IMG/VR virus record: IMGVR_UViG_3300010231_000020
Span: 1-39,323 of that record
Strand: one strand, 5' to 3'
Length of the DNA: 39,323 nt
Origin: a virus
Taxonomy: Duplodnaviria > Caudoviricetes
The notes beneath the pieces were generated by a model that saw nothing but the letters and a program-made list of their open reading frames with translations, searched no databases and was not told the origin of the DNA. Below are positions 8,944 to 18,519 of the stretch, in pieces. A program made the translations under genes and the position numbers. Positions within the stretch are counted from its first letter, which is position 1. Each line of letters starts with the position of its first letter.

Positions 8944-11900
8944 ATGATCATCGGCGACATGGAAATCCGCCTGCGCGCTGACATCGCGCGCCTGCAGCGC
9001 GATATGGATGATGCCCGCCGTGTGGTCGGTGGTGCCGTGAATGGCATCGCCGAGATGGCGAAGATGGCCAGAGGTGCGTTGATTGGTATGGCCGCAGGCA
9101 TTTCGTTCGCGGCGCTCGTGCACCAGGTTGTCGATGCCCAGCGTGAGTTCGACAAGTTGAACGCCTCCCTCATCACTGCAACCGGGTCCACGGCGAACGC
9201 CGCGGTGGCGTTCAAGACGTTGCAGTCGTTCGCGTCGACGACGCCCTACAGCGTGCAGGAGGCGACCGAAGCCTTCATCAAGATGCGCAACCTTGGTCTA
9301 GACCCGTCTGAACGTGCGCTGCGTTCCTACGGCAACACGGCCGCGGCGATGGGTAAAGGCCTCAACCAGATGGTGGAGGCGGTAGCGGATGCCGCGACGG
9401 GCGAGTTCGAGCGCCTCAAAGAATTTGGCATCACAGCGAAGCAGAACGGTGACCGTGTGGCCCTGACGTTCAAGGGCATGACGGCCAATATCGGGAACAA
9501 CGCGAAAGAGATCCAAGAATATCTGCGTAAGATCGGTGAAGTGGATTTCGGCGGCGGTATGGAGTTGCGTGCGGCGACGCTCGACGGCGCGATCAGCAAC
9601 CTCGGCGATACCTGGCAGAGCGTCCTCCGTACGATTGCCGCGAACGGAATCGGCGAAGCGATGCTATCGGGCGTACTGGCTGTCAGCGGCGCCCTGCAGG
9701 ACCTGAGCGCGATTCTTGACGCCGTCGGCGGCGCGGCCGGCAAGGAAGGCCAGGCCGTGAAAGAAGCGACGGGCTTGCATGCGATCCTGACGACCACGTT
9801 CGAAGCGCTGGCAGTCGTGGGTACGAACATCGCTTACGTCTTCCAGACGATTGGCAAGGACATCGGCGCGTTCGCCGCGCAGGCCGTCACGCTGTTCAAC
9901 GGGGGATTCAAAGGCCTGATGGACGGCTCTACGCTGCAGCAGGTGCAGGATATCGGACGTGCACGTGTCGCCGAGGCCGAGGAAGAACGCAAGGCAGTCG
10001 ACGCAAAGAGCGAAGCGATTCTCGGCGCTGCGGCTAAATCGCAGGCCGCTCAGGATGCCGAGACCTCGAACCTGAAAAGGAACACGACCGATCGGCTCGC
10101 TCAGTTCCAGATCGTCTTGACGGACGAGCAGAAGCGGGACAAGGCTCTCAACGACACGCTCGAGTTGCGCAATCGCCTGAATGGAGTGAATGCCCAGACT
10201 GCCGGCGAACTGACGAAGCTCAAGAATGCGCTTGATACCGGTGCAATCAGTCAGGCCGAGTACAACCGCTACGTGGCCCAGGTGAACAAGGACGCGCGCG
10301 AGAACTCGACGGTCTACAAGAACGCGGTCAAGCAGATCGATTTGCAGACGTCTGCACTGCAGCGTCAGGCAATGGCCCGCGCGTTCGACAACCAGCAGGC
10401 CCAGCTGCAGATCGATTTCCTGAAGCGTACCGGCCAGCTGAATGACGAGGACTCGATCAACAAGTCGGCAGATGCCGACCTGAAGGCGCTGCGCGAACAG
10501 CGTGATGCGTTGGAGGCGCAGAAAAAGCTGCAAAGCGGGAAGATCGACAACCTGGCCAAGGTGAAGGAGTTGCAGGGCCAGATCGACCAAATCGGCCGAG
10601 ACGCAGATGCGCGCGAACTCAAGCGCGGCAACGATCTATTCGAGCTCGATCAGAAGCGGTATCGCGAAGCGGTCGGCAACTACGCAGATCTTCTCGAGGC
10701 AGCACAGGCGCAATCTAAAGCACAGCAGGACGCCGTGCGCGATGGGCAAGATGAGATCGACATGCTCGGAATGACGTCGAAGCAGATCGCCGACGTCACG
10801 GCCGGGCGCATGCGTGATCGCGCCGCTCTCCTCGAGTTCAATGCGGTCGTGCAGGATGCGATCGATTTGTCGGGGCAATGGGGCGATGAGAGCCGCAAGC
10901 AGGCCGCGGCGCTGCGAGCCCAGGCCGACCAGGTGATCACCAAGGAGGAAATCACTCGCCAGAAGGACCTGTGGGGCCAAGTCGAAAACACGGCTCACGA
11001 CACGTTCATCAGCATCTTCGATAGCGGCAAATCTGCCTTCGATCGATTGCGCGACACGCTGAAGAACGGATTGCTCGAGCTGCTGTATCAGATGACGGTA
11101 AAGCAGTGGGTCATTAACATCGGCGCTGCCGTATCTGGATCCGGAGGCGCCGCCGGCGCCGCGGGTAGCGCGGTGAGCAGTGGTTTCGGCAGCGCGATCG
11201 GTAACGGCCTCGGTATCACCGGCGCGCTGTCGAGTTTTGGCAGCTTCGCGGCGTCGGGCTTCATGAATACCGTTGCGGGTACCGGTCTGTCGTCCGGGCT
11301 TTCCGCAGCTGGCGCCATGATTTCGAACGGATCGGTTGCTTCTGGCTTGGGCATGGGTGCCGGCGCGCTCGGCCCGTATGCGCTTGCCGCCATAGCGATT
11401 TACTCGCTCGCGAAGGGGCTAGACCATTCGGGTACGCCGCATACCGGTGGCGCGGCCAGCGTTGACCAGTACGGGAACGCCAGCACGGTAGCGGCCGAGT
11501 CCCTCAACTTCCAGACGACGGCGGTTTCGAGCGCGACCAACCAGTTCACCGCCGGAATCGCAACGAGCGTGGTTTCGATCCTTAACAGCACCGCAGCCGC
11601 GTTCGGTCAGAAGGCCGGCTATGCGGCATCGACTGCCTTCGCGGATGATTCGTCGAGCGATGGCGCCTGGGGCGGGTTGAGGATCAGCAAAGACGGCCAG
11701 AAGGTCTTGGATTGGCAGGACGCGCGTACATCCCGCTGGGCGCCCAAGGAATTCGCGGATGGCGAAGAAGGACAAAAGCAATACCTGGCCGAAGTCAGCA
11801 AGTCAGTGCGTGCGACGCTCGACGATATCGGATTGCCTTCGTGGGCAGAAAAGATGTTGGATCAGTTGGGGGACTCTCCTGCATTGGAGGATCTGAGCAA

Positions 11901-13644
11901 GACCATCGACACGATCAATGCGACCGAAAAGGCGCTTGCGGTGATGGGCGAACGTTTGACCGGCTTCAGCTCGTTGAGCGACGACGCCGTGTCGGCCTTG
12001 ATGTCGGCGGCCGGCGGCATCGATGCGCTGGCTGCTAATGCCGGCACATACTACGACGCCTTCTACAGCGATGCCGAGAAGACAAAAGTGTTGTCCGGCC
12101 AGGTCGCTGATGCGCTGGCTAAGGTCGGGCTGGTGATGCCTGCGACGAGGGACGAGTATCGCGCCGAGGTGGAGGCTCAGATCGCATTGGGTACTTCTGG
12201 TGCGACCGGCGCGGCCGCGCTGCTTGGCGTGGCTGGTGCAATCGATCAGCTTTACCCGGCGTCCCAGTCGGCAACCAAGTCGTTGGCGCAAATTGCAGAC
12301 GAACGGAAGGGCTTGCAGGATAAGCTGGACGAGTTGACGATGACATCGTCCCAGCTGCACGAGAAGGAACGTGCAGCGATCGACGCCAGCAACCTGGCAT
12401 TGTACGACCGGGTGTCCGCGCTGCAGGCCGAGAAAGATGCGATGACGATTGTCCTCGGCAACGTGGACAACGCATTCTCGGTCCTGCAGAAAGTGGTCGA
12501 GCGGGAGAAGAAGGCCGTACAGGCGAGCGTCAATGTCCACACGGCTGCAGTAAGCAAGCTGCAAAGCCTGTCGCAGTCGTTGCGCGGTGCGCTGGACAGT
12601 ATCAAGTCGCCGGACCAGCAAGTAATGGCCCGCGCGGCCGCGCAGTCCCAGATCCGTGCGGTGCTGGCTAGTGTCAAGGCGGGCGGCCAACTGCCTGATG
12701 TGGATTCACTTAAGGATGCGCTAAGCGCGGTTTCGAAGGATTCGACGGATCGTTTTGCGACCTATCAGGACTACTTGAAGGATCTGTACCAGACGCAGAG
12801 CGATATCGCGGCGCTTGGCGATGTGACGGACGACCAGCTGTCGGTCGAGCAGAAGGCTCTGAAGGCTGCGCAGGATCAGCTCGATTCGTTGGACGAGCAG
12901 CTTGCGAAGGCCCAGGAGCAGGTCGACATCCTTAAGGGGATCAACACCAACGGGCTGACGCTGATCGATGCAGTGGCGGCCCTGACCTCTGCGGTCCTGG
13001 CTGCAAATAGCAACCCGATCGTCAGTGCCACGTCGGCCATCAACGGGGCGTACCAGTCGGCTCTACACCGCGCTCCAGATGCTGCTGGTCTGGAGTGGTG
13101 GCAAAACGCCGCCGCGAACGGCGCGCCAGTGTCGCAGATCGTCGATGGCATCAAGGGCTCGACCGAAGCTACGCTCAACACGCTCTACAAGGACGTGCTG
13201 GGTCGCGCGCCAGATGCCGAAGGGTTGGCGTTCTGGATGAAGGCGTACGGCTCGACGATGGATGAGACCGAAAAGGCAGACTGGTTGAAGGCAGCCCAGA
13301 AAGACCCGGGCTACAAGATTCCAGGCTTCGCCACCGGCGGTGATTTTGCTGGTGGTTGGCGCCTCGTTGGTGAGAACGGTCCGGAACTGGAGGCTACGGG
13401 GCCGGCGCGCATCTTCAATGCGAGCCAGACGTCCAGCCTCATGAGCCGGCTGAGCAGTCCATCGAGTAAAAACGATGCGTTGCTGGCTTCGAAGCTGGAC
13501 AAGCTATGCGCTGCTGTCGAGCGGCTCGAGCAGAGCAACAGTGTTGAGAATGTTGCTCAGGTAAAGCAGCAGCAAGCCATGAATGGTATGCTCGAGCGGG
13601 TCATTTACGGGGCGGATGCCCTGCAAACAAAGGCGGTAGCTTAA
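8944..13644 (+). CDS. Tail tape measure protein (about 1566 aa)
   Basis: Longest ORF, Ala/Gln-rich and helical. FASTTPYSVQEATEAF tape-measure domain and C-terminal FATGG...VGENGPEL. GGAGG RBS before the ATG at 8944. Confidence 0.96.
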   Translation: MIIGDMEIRLRADIARLQRDMDDARRVVGGAVNGIAEMAKMARGALIGMAAGISFAALVHQVVDAQREFDKLNASLITATGSTANAAVAFKTLQSFASTTPYSVQEATEAFIKMRNLGLDPSERALRSYGNTAAAMGKGLNQMVEAVADAATGEFERLKEFGITAKQNGDRVALTFKGMTANIGNNAKEIQEYLRKIGEVDFGGGMELRAATLDGAISNLGDTWQSVLRTIAANGIGEAMLSGVLAVSGALQDLSAILDAVGGAAGKEGQAVKEATGLHAILTTTFEALAVVGTNIAYVFQTIGKDIGAFAAQAVTLFNGGFKGLMDGSTLQQVQDIGRARVAEAEEERKAVDAKSEAILGAAAKSQAAQDAETSNLKRNTTDRLAQFQIVLTDEQKRDKALNDTLELRNRLNGVNAQTAGELTKLKNALDTGAISQAEYNRYVAQVNKDARENSTVYKNAVKQIDLQTSALQRQAMARAFDNQQAQLQIDFLKRTGQLNDEDSINKSADADLKALREQRDALEAQKKLQSGKIDNLAKVKELQGQIDQIGRDADARELKRGNDLFELDQKRYREAVGNYADLLEAAQAQSKAQQDAVRDGQDEIDMLGMTSKQIADVTAGRMRDRAALLEFNAVVQDAIDLSGQWGDESRKQAAALRAQADQVITKEEITRQKDLWGQVENTAHDTFISIFDSGKSAFDRLRDTLKNGLLELLYQMTVKQWVINIGAAVSGSGGAAGAAGSAVSSGFGSAIGNGLGITGALSSFGSFAASGFMNTVAGTGLSSGLSAAGAMISNGSVASGLGMGAGALGPYALAAIAIYSLAKGLDHSGTPHTGGAASVDQYGNASTVAAESLNFQTTAVSSATNQFTAGIATSVVSILNSTAAAFGQKAGYAASTAFADDSSSDGAWGGLRISKDGQKVLDWQDARTSRWAPKEFADGEEGQKQYLAEVSKSVRATLDDIGLPSWAEKMLDQLGDSPALEDLSKTIDTINATEKALAVMGERLTGFSSLSDDAVSALMSAAGGIDALAANAGTYYDAFYSDAEKTKVLSGQVADALAKVGLVMPATRDEYRAEVEAQIALGTSGATGAAALLGVAGAIDQLYPASQSATKSLAQIADERKGLQDKLDELTMTSSQLHEKERAAIDASNLALYDRVSALQAEKDAMTIVLGNVDNAFSVLQKVVEREKKAVQASVNVHTAAVSKLQSLSQSLRGALDSIKSPDQQVMARAAAQSQIRAVLASVKAGGQLPDVDSLKDALSAVSKDSTDRFATYQDYLKDLYQTQSDIAALGDVTDDQLSVEQKALKAAQDQLDSLDEQLAKAQEQVDILKGINTNGLTLIDAVAALTSAVLAANSNPIVSATSAINGAYQSALHRAPDAAGLEWWQNAAANGAPVSQIVDGIKGSTEATLNTLYKDVLGRAPDAEGLAFWMKAYGSTMDETEKADWLKAAQKDPGYKIPGFATGGDFAGGWRLVGENGPELEATGPARIFNASQTSSLMSRLSSPSSKNDALLASKLDKLCAAVERLEQSNSVENVAQVKQQQAMNGMLERVIYGADALQTKAVA

Positions 13645-13665
13645 CCGTTTAGGGGAGGTGCAAAT

Positions 13666-13944
13666 ATGGCGGGCCAATCGGACGGCGAGGTGCTTCGGGA
13701 AATGGTGCTGGCCCAGAGGGAAATGGTCGAAGTATTGAGGGACGTATCGGGAAAGCTGACTGCCTACCAATCGGCAGTTCACTCCTTGATCGAGACCCAC
13801 CCTGACAAGAAAGCTCTTGCGACTGATTTTCTGGAGAGGATGGATCGCGTCACTGAAGTTCAGGGAGAGGGCGCGCGTCTTAGCCCGGTTTGGCAATTAA
13901 TCCTGAATGAAATGACATTCGGGATCGAAAGCTCAGGCGACTAA
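13666..13944 (+). CDS. Hypothetical moron-like protein (92 aa)
   Basis: Strong GGGGAGG RBS, own downstream terminator, less GC-biased codons. Confidence 0.7.
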   Translation: MAGQSDGEVLREMVLAQREMVEVLRDVSGKLTAYQSAVHSLIETHPDKKALATDFLERMDRVTEVQGEGARLSPVWQLILNEMTFGIESSGD

Positions 13945-13963
13945 CCTCAATCAGCCTAGCCTA

Positions 13964-14003
13964 AAAGGGCGCCAAGCGTTTTGCTTCGGCGCCTTTGTTT
14001 TTT
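13964..14003 (+). terminator. Intrinsic terminator
   Basis: AAAGGGCGCC-AAGC GTTTT GCTT-C-GGCGCCTTT followed by a T-rich tail. Confidence 0.75.
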
Positions 14004-14070
14004 CTGATGCCCATCGGCACTGCAAAGTAGTTCCCCGCCTTGTAACAGCAGCACAACCAGCTTAAATCCC

Positions 14071-15663
14071 ATGATGATTATCGATCCCGTCGCTATGGGC
14101 GACGTGGCTTTCACACGTCCGTCGCCCAAGTGGGTGTTTGACCGCACTGGCACGCTGGTACAGGTGCCGGCCGGTTCGTTCGCAGTGACGTATGACCCGA
14201 TGGATCTGACGAAGGCACCGTATGCGCTCATCGAGCCGGCGGCCACGAACTTGATTACCTACTCGGAGAACCTTGTGGCGGGTTGGACGGGCGGGGCGTC
14301 CGCGTCGTTATCCGACGCGGATTTCCACGGCGTCCCGTATTACTATGTCACGAAAACCAACAGCGGCACCTCTGAATTCCGCCAGCACTACGTCGGGGCT
14401 AAAAGTGCGGGTCAAACAGTGGTCGCCACTTTGGCCCTACGCGCCGGTTCAACTGACTCGGCCACGGTTGGCCTGTATGACTGGACTCCTACGAATAATG
14501 GTTGGGGGGCCGCTGCAGACTCGTTAATAGAAATCGATGGCCCCGGCACCGCATACTTCCAAACCGGAGGCGCCTTCTACATTTCGGGCCTGAGTTCCTC
14601 AGCAGACACATTTATAAAAATAACGCGCGTCTACCCATCAGCCGCATCCAGCACGGCGCTACTCATCTACCCTGGCACGGTCAATTCGTCGACAATCGGA
14701 CACTCCGTGCAGGCCACGCGGGTGCAGGTAGAGGTCGATCGCGCCACGAGTTACATTCGTACTGCCGGCGTTGCAGTGACCCGCACCGCCGACGGGGTCG
14801 CTACTGGTGCCGGCCTGGTGTATTCGAATGTTCCGATCACGGAACCCGATTACAACAGCTCGACGACCTACGCGAAGGATGCTGTTGTCCACGATCCCGC
14901 CACGCACAACATCTATGTGTCGATCATCGCGGGTAATGTGGGCAAGGCGCTGACCGATACCACGGCCTGGGCGCCGAACGGCATCACAAACCGCTGGGCG
15001 ATGCTTGACCAGTACAACAACACGCAGACCAGCAACCCCGAAGAAATCATCGTTGTGTTGGCGGCTCAGGCGCTCGCGCAGGGCGTTTACATCGGTAACG
15101 CGGACGCGAGCGATGTCCGCATTTCCTGCTATGACCCGAACGACGGGTTGGTGTATCAGGAGACGCAAAATCTGATCATCGCCGACTCGGGCAGCTCGTT
15201 CTACAACTGGTGCTTCAAGCGGATTCGCAGAAAGTCGTACGCCGTCTCCGTCCAGCTTCCGCCGTATTACACCGGACTCGTGACGATCGCGCTGAGAAAG
15301 CCTGGCGGTACGCCAAAGTGCGGAATGTGCGTGTTGGGCCCGCTGGTCGACGTCGGGTTGTCGCAGTACGGCCTCTCGCGCGAGATCAAGGACTACTCGA
15401 CCGTCAACTTCAATTTCGACGGTACGAGCAACGTACAGAAGCGCAACTTCGCGAAGGTTATGGACGTCGATGTCCTCATCGATAACACCTACATCGACAG
15501 CGTCATCGAGTCGCTTGAGAACTACCGGCAAAAGCCTGTGGCCTGGATCGGGACGGCCGCGTACGGGTCAGCGTGCCTGTTCGGCACATACACCAGCTTC
15601 AAGAGCGTCATTCAATACCCGACGCAATCTGCAATGAGCTTGCAAATCCAAGGAACTGTTTAA
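14071..15663 (+). CDS. Tail tip / distal tail-type protein with an inserted carbohydrate-binding or fibre-like domain
   Basis: First structural gene after the tape measure. FTRPS...IEPAATNLI.YSE...TSYI.T....VTR.AD block, then Y.S.TTYA...TNRWAMLD. Confidence 0.75.
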   Translation: MMIIDPVAMGDVAFTRPSPKWVFDRTGTLVQVPAGSFAVTYDPMDLTKAPYALIEPAATNLITYSENLVAGWTGGASASLSDADFHGVPYYYVTKTNSGTSEFRQHYVGAKSAGQTVVATLALRAGSTDSATVGLYDWTPTNNGWGAAADSLIEIDGPGTAYFQTGGAFYISGLSSSADTFIKITRVYPSAASSTALLIYPGTVNSSTIGHSVQATRVQVEVDRATSYIRTAGVAVTRTADGVATGAGLVYSNVPITEPDYNSSTTYAKDAVVHDPATHNIYVSIIAGNVGKALTDTTAWAPNGITNRWAMLDQYNNTQTSNPEEIIVVLAAQALAQGVYIGNADASDVRISCYDPNDGLVYQETQNLIIADSGSSFYNWCFKRIRRKSYAVSVQLPPYYTGLVTIALRKPGGTPKCGMCVLGPLVDVGLSQYGLSREIKDYSTVNFNFDGTSNVQKRNFAKVMDVDVLIDNTYIDSVIESLENYRQKPVAWIGTAAYGSACLFGTYTSFKSVIQYPTQSAMSLQIQGTV

Positions 15664-16715
15664 TGGCGATCACTACACTGCTAGACCCTGCGCTGCTGCC
15701 AGCGCGAACGATGGATCAGGATACGTTCAACGCGGCGATGGCGTACCTGATGACCAATATGCCAATTTGGGGCATGCAGACAAACGCGCTTCAGGCCAAC
15801 CTGAACAGCATTGCGTATGGCGGGGCCTACGCCATGCCATATACGTTCAGTAGTTCGGCTTCGGAGGTTGATCCAGGTTCAGGCAAATTGGGCTTGTCGA
15901 GCACACCCCAGTCGTCATCCATCGCGCTACGCGTCAACTTGACAAGCTCGGCCGGCGTGGATATGACGAGCTTGCTAAATGACTTTGGCGCGTCTACATC
16001 TAGCGTGCCTGGTACTGTCCGGCTGCAGAAAGTTGGAGACACAACGAAGTGGCTCGTTTTTAACGTGACGAGTGTCGTGGACTATACGGGCTACAAACGC
16101 ATCAACGTCACGTTCAGAGGTGGTAGCTCGGCCAGCCCGTTCGTTGCGGGTGATGCTCTCATTTTGTCTTTCCAGCGCACGGGCGACAAGGGGGACCAAG
16201 GCGTTGCTGGCAACTCCAGCAACTTGATTCTGGTGGGCTCCTACACCGTCAGCACAGCGGTTGCCGCGATCAACTTCCTGAGCTTGTTCACCTCGACTTA
16301 TGACAAGTACATCATCGAGATTCAGGGCATGACCGCCAGTGCAGCCGCCACGCTGCGGATGCGAATGGCTCAGGCGGGGGTATCGCAAGCTAACTCGGTA
16401 TACATACACCAGTACAGCAGCTCGGCAGGCATATCCACCGGAAACACGAGCTTCCAGCTGACCCCGGCGAACGTCGCGACCGCGGCAAACAGCGCGCTGA
16501 GCTGTTCCATTGAAGTGCGCAACGTGAATGCCGCAAGCCCCTCGTCCATAACGGCCAACGGAGGGGCCATGAGTGACACGGGCAGCACCTTTTACCCAAT
16601 GGATACGTACGGGCTCTACGCCGGGAGTGCGGCCTGCTCCGGGTTCACCCTCTTCATGAGCTCCGGCAATATCACTGCTGGCATCGTGCGCGTCTTTGGC
16701 GTCAAGAACACTTAA
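15663..16715 (+). CDS. Tail fibre / receptor-binding protein (350 aa)
   Basis: TAATG coupling. DPGSGKL...F.RTGDKGDQG hinge. Ser/Thr-rich C-terminal domain ending GNITAGIVRVFGVK. Confidence 0.8.
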   Translation: MAITTLLDPALLPARTMDQDTFNAAMAYLMTNMPIWGMQTNALQANLNSIAYGGAYAMPYTFSSSASEVDPGSGKLGLSSTPQSSSIALRVNLTSSAGVDMTSLLNDFGASTSSVPGTVRLQKVGDTTKWLVFNVTSVVDYTGYKRINVTFRGGSSASPFVAGDALILSFQRTGDKGDQGVAGNSSNLILVGSYTVSTAVAAINFLSLFTSTYDKYIIEIQGMTASAAATLRMRMAQAGVSQANSVYIHQYSSSAGISTGNTSFQLTPANVATAANSALSCSIEVRNVNAASPSSITANGGAMSDTGSTFYPMDTYGLYAGSAACSGFTLFMSSGNITAGIVRVFGVKNT

Positions 16716-16724
16716 GGAACCAAC

Positions 16725-17093
16725 GTGAAGATTGCAGAATGGGACAATGAACTAGGACAAATGGTTGAGCGTGACGCCACGGCCGAAGAATTGGCCGAGA
16801 TTCTCGCGCGAGAGGCTGAGGCAGCAAAGCCGGAAGTACCGGTAACTGTGACACGACGTCAAGCCCGCCAGGCCCTGCTGTTGGGCGGTCTTCTCGACGA
16901 CGTGCCGGTGGCGATCGCGGCGCTAGACGACGGCACGCCCGAGGGCACGCAGAAGATGCGCATGGCCCAGATTGAGTGGGAAGACTCGCTCGAATTCGAA
17001 CGCGCGCGGCCGCTGGTGATCGAGATTGCGGGGGCGATCGGCCTAGACGCCGAGGCGCTCGACCAGCTATTCATCACCGCCGCGGGGCTGTGA
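16725..17093 (+). CDS. Tail-fibre-associated (assembly/chaperone-like) protein
   Basis: GTG start with AAGGA RBS. VTRRQARQAL...IEWE....F.R..P...LDQLF..AA motif, common after fibre genes. Confidence 0.75.
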   Translation: MKIAEWDNELGQMVERDATAEELAEILAREAEAAKPEVPVTVTRRQARQALLLGGLLDDVPVAIAALDDGTPEGTQKMRMAQIEWEDSLEFERARPLVIEIAGAIGLDAEALDQLFITAAGL

Positions 17094-17578
17094 TGAAGGC
17101 GGCCTTCTACAAGGGCACGCATGCCGGCGTGCCGGGCATTTACAACCGCTTGGTGCGCTGGTGGACGCGCAGCCCGTATTCGCACGTGGAGCTGATCTTC
17201 TTCGACGGCGGACCCGGCGACGACAGCCAGGCCGCGTCTGCGTCGTACATGGATGGTGGCGTGCGGATCAAATGGTTCACGTTCGATCCGGCGCTCTGGG
17301 ACTTCGTCGACCTGCCCGACCATCTGGCCCTGCCGGCGCTTCAGTGGTTCGACGCGCACCAGGGGGAAACGTACGACCTGCTCGGCAATGTGCACTTCGT
17401 GTTCTCGCCGGTGGGCGACGATAAGCGGAAGTGGTTCTGCAGCGAGGCCGTCGCCGCGGCGCTTGGCATGCCGGATCCGGCGCGCTTCGATCCCGGGACG
17501 CTTCATGCGGCCCTCACCTTTCTCAGCCAGCCCGCAACCGCGGGCTTTTTTACGCCCAGCGCCAAAGGCAATCAATGA
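17093..17578 (+). CDS. Permuted papain-like (NlpC/P60, YiiX-type) enzyme
   Basis: YSHVE ... YD ... KWFCSE, i.e. His before Cys. TGATG coupling. Confidence 0.8.
   Translation: MKAAFYKGTHAGVPGIYNRLVRWWTRSPYSHVELIFFDGGPGDDSQAASASYMDGGVRIKWFTFDPALWDFVDLPDHLALPALQWFDAHQGETYDLLGNVHFVFSPVGDDKRKWFCSEAVAAALGMPDPARFDPGTLHAALTFLSQPATAGFFTPSAKGNQ
17529..17551 (+). terminator. Intrinsic terminator inside the 3' end of the preceding CDS, just before the holin
   Basis: AGCCCGC-AACC-GCGGGCT followed by TTTTT. Confidence 0.7.
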
Positions 17579-17778
17579 CCCAAGTAAGTGCACCTGAAGC
17601 CGGAAGCTACGCCGGCGCCATCGTCGCGATCGTCGCATCGCTCACCTTGACGCAGTGGGGCGTCATCGCGGGCATTATCACGGCCCTGGTGACGTGTGCC
17701 GCGAATCTCTTCTACATGGCCCGCAAGGACCAGCGCGAAGAACGTGCGCTCAATGCGCAGTTGGGAGTCAAGCAATGA
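17575..17778 (+). CDS. Holin (small, HP1-like/pinholin type, 67 aa)
   Basis: Hydrophobic segments around LTLTQWGVIAGII, charged C-terminal tail, upstream of the endolysin. Confidence 0.85.
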   Translation: MTQVSAPEAGSYAGAIVAIVASLTLTQWGVIAGIITALVTCAANLFYMARKDQREERALNAQLGVKQ

Positions 17779-18029
17779 TCGCCCGGCTCAAGGCAAGCCT
17801 GCAGTTGGCAGGCAAGTACGTCTGGGCGGTGCTGTTGGTCCTGTACCCGTTTGCCGACCAGATCATCGCCACCTTCGAAGGCTGGCTGCCGGCCTTGGCG
17901 CCGCACCTGGGCGCGAACACGTTCCGCTACGTTGGCCTGGCCATCGTCGGTATCAAGTTCGGTCTGCAGGTGTACCGCGGCTGGCTGCAGGTCGAAGATC
18001 TGCTCACGAAGAAAGCAGGAGGTGCGTGA
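17775..18029 (+). CDS. Second small two-TM membrane protein in the lysis cassette (84 aa)
   Basis: ATGA overlap; hydrophobic segments YVWAVLLVLYPF and YVGLAIVGIKFGL. Confidence 0.75.
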   Translation: MIARLKASLQLAGKYVWAVLLVLYPFADQIIATFEGWLPALAPHLGANTFRYVGLAIVGIKFGLQVYRGWLQVEDLLTKKAGGA

Positions 18030-18030
18030 C

Positions 18031-18519
18031 ATGGCGGTCGATCAGAGCAAGATGCGGCGGCGCGGCCTGTTGGCTGTCGTCGGCGCCGTCGCCGCGACCG
18101 TCCTGCTGGCGTTCACGCCGGCACAGGAGGGCAGGGTACTTAAGACCTACCGCGACATCGGCGGCGTGCTCACGTACTGCGACGGTGCGACCGAGAACGC
18201 CCAGGCCGGCAAGACGTACACGCCGGCCGAGTGCGATGTCCAGTTGGATCGCGACCTGGAGCGGCACGCTGCTGGCATCGCGAAGTGCGTCCCGATGGAG
18301 CGGTTGACGGACGGCCAGAAGGTGGCCTTCGTCGACGCGGCGTTCAACATCGGCGTGCCGGCGTTCTGCGGCTCGAGCATGGCGCGCCGCGCGAACGCTG
18401 GTGACATGGTGGGCGCGTGCGAGGCGCTGCTGATGTGGAACAGGGCAGCTGGCCGAGAGGTGGCCGGGCTGACGAGGCGCCGCCAACGCGAGCGCGAACT
18501 CTGCATGAAAGGACTCTAA
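18031..18519 (+). CDS. SAR endolysin (GH24/T4-lysozyme-like muramidase)
   Basis: Basic N-terminus plus Ala/Gly-rich anchor. E-X8-D-X5-T triad (EGRVLKTYRDIGGVLT), FNIG and GLTRRR motifs. AGGAGG RBS. Confidence 0.95.
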   Translation: MAVDQSKMRRRGLLAVVGAVAATVLLAFTPAQEGRVLKTYRDIGGVLTYCDGATENAQAGKTYTPAECDVQLDRDLERHAAGIAKCVPMERLTDGQKVAFVDAAFNIGVPAFCGSSMARRANAGDMVGACEALLMWNRAAGREVAGLTRRRQRERELCMKGL

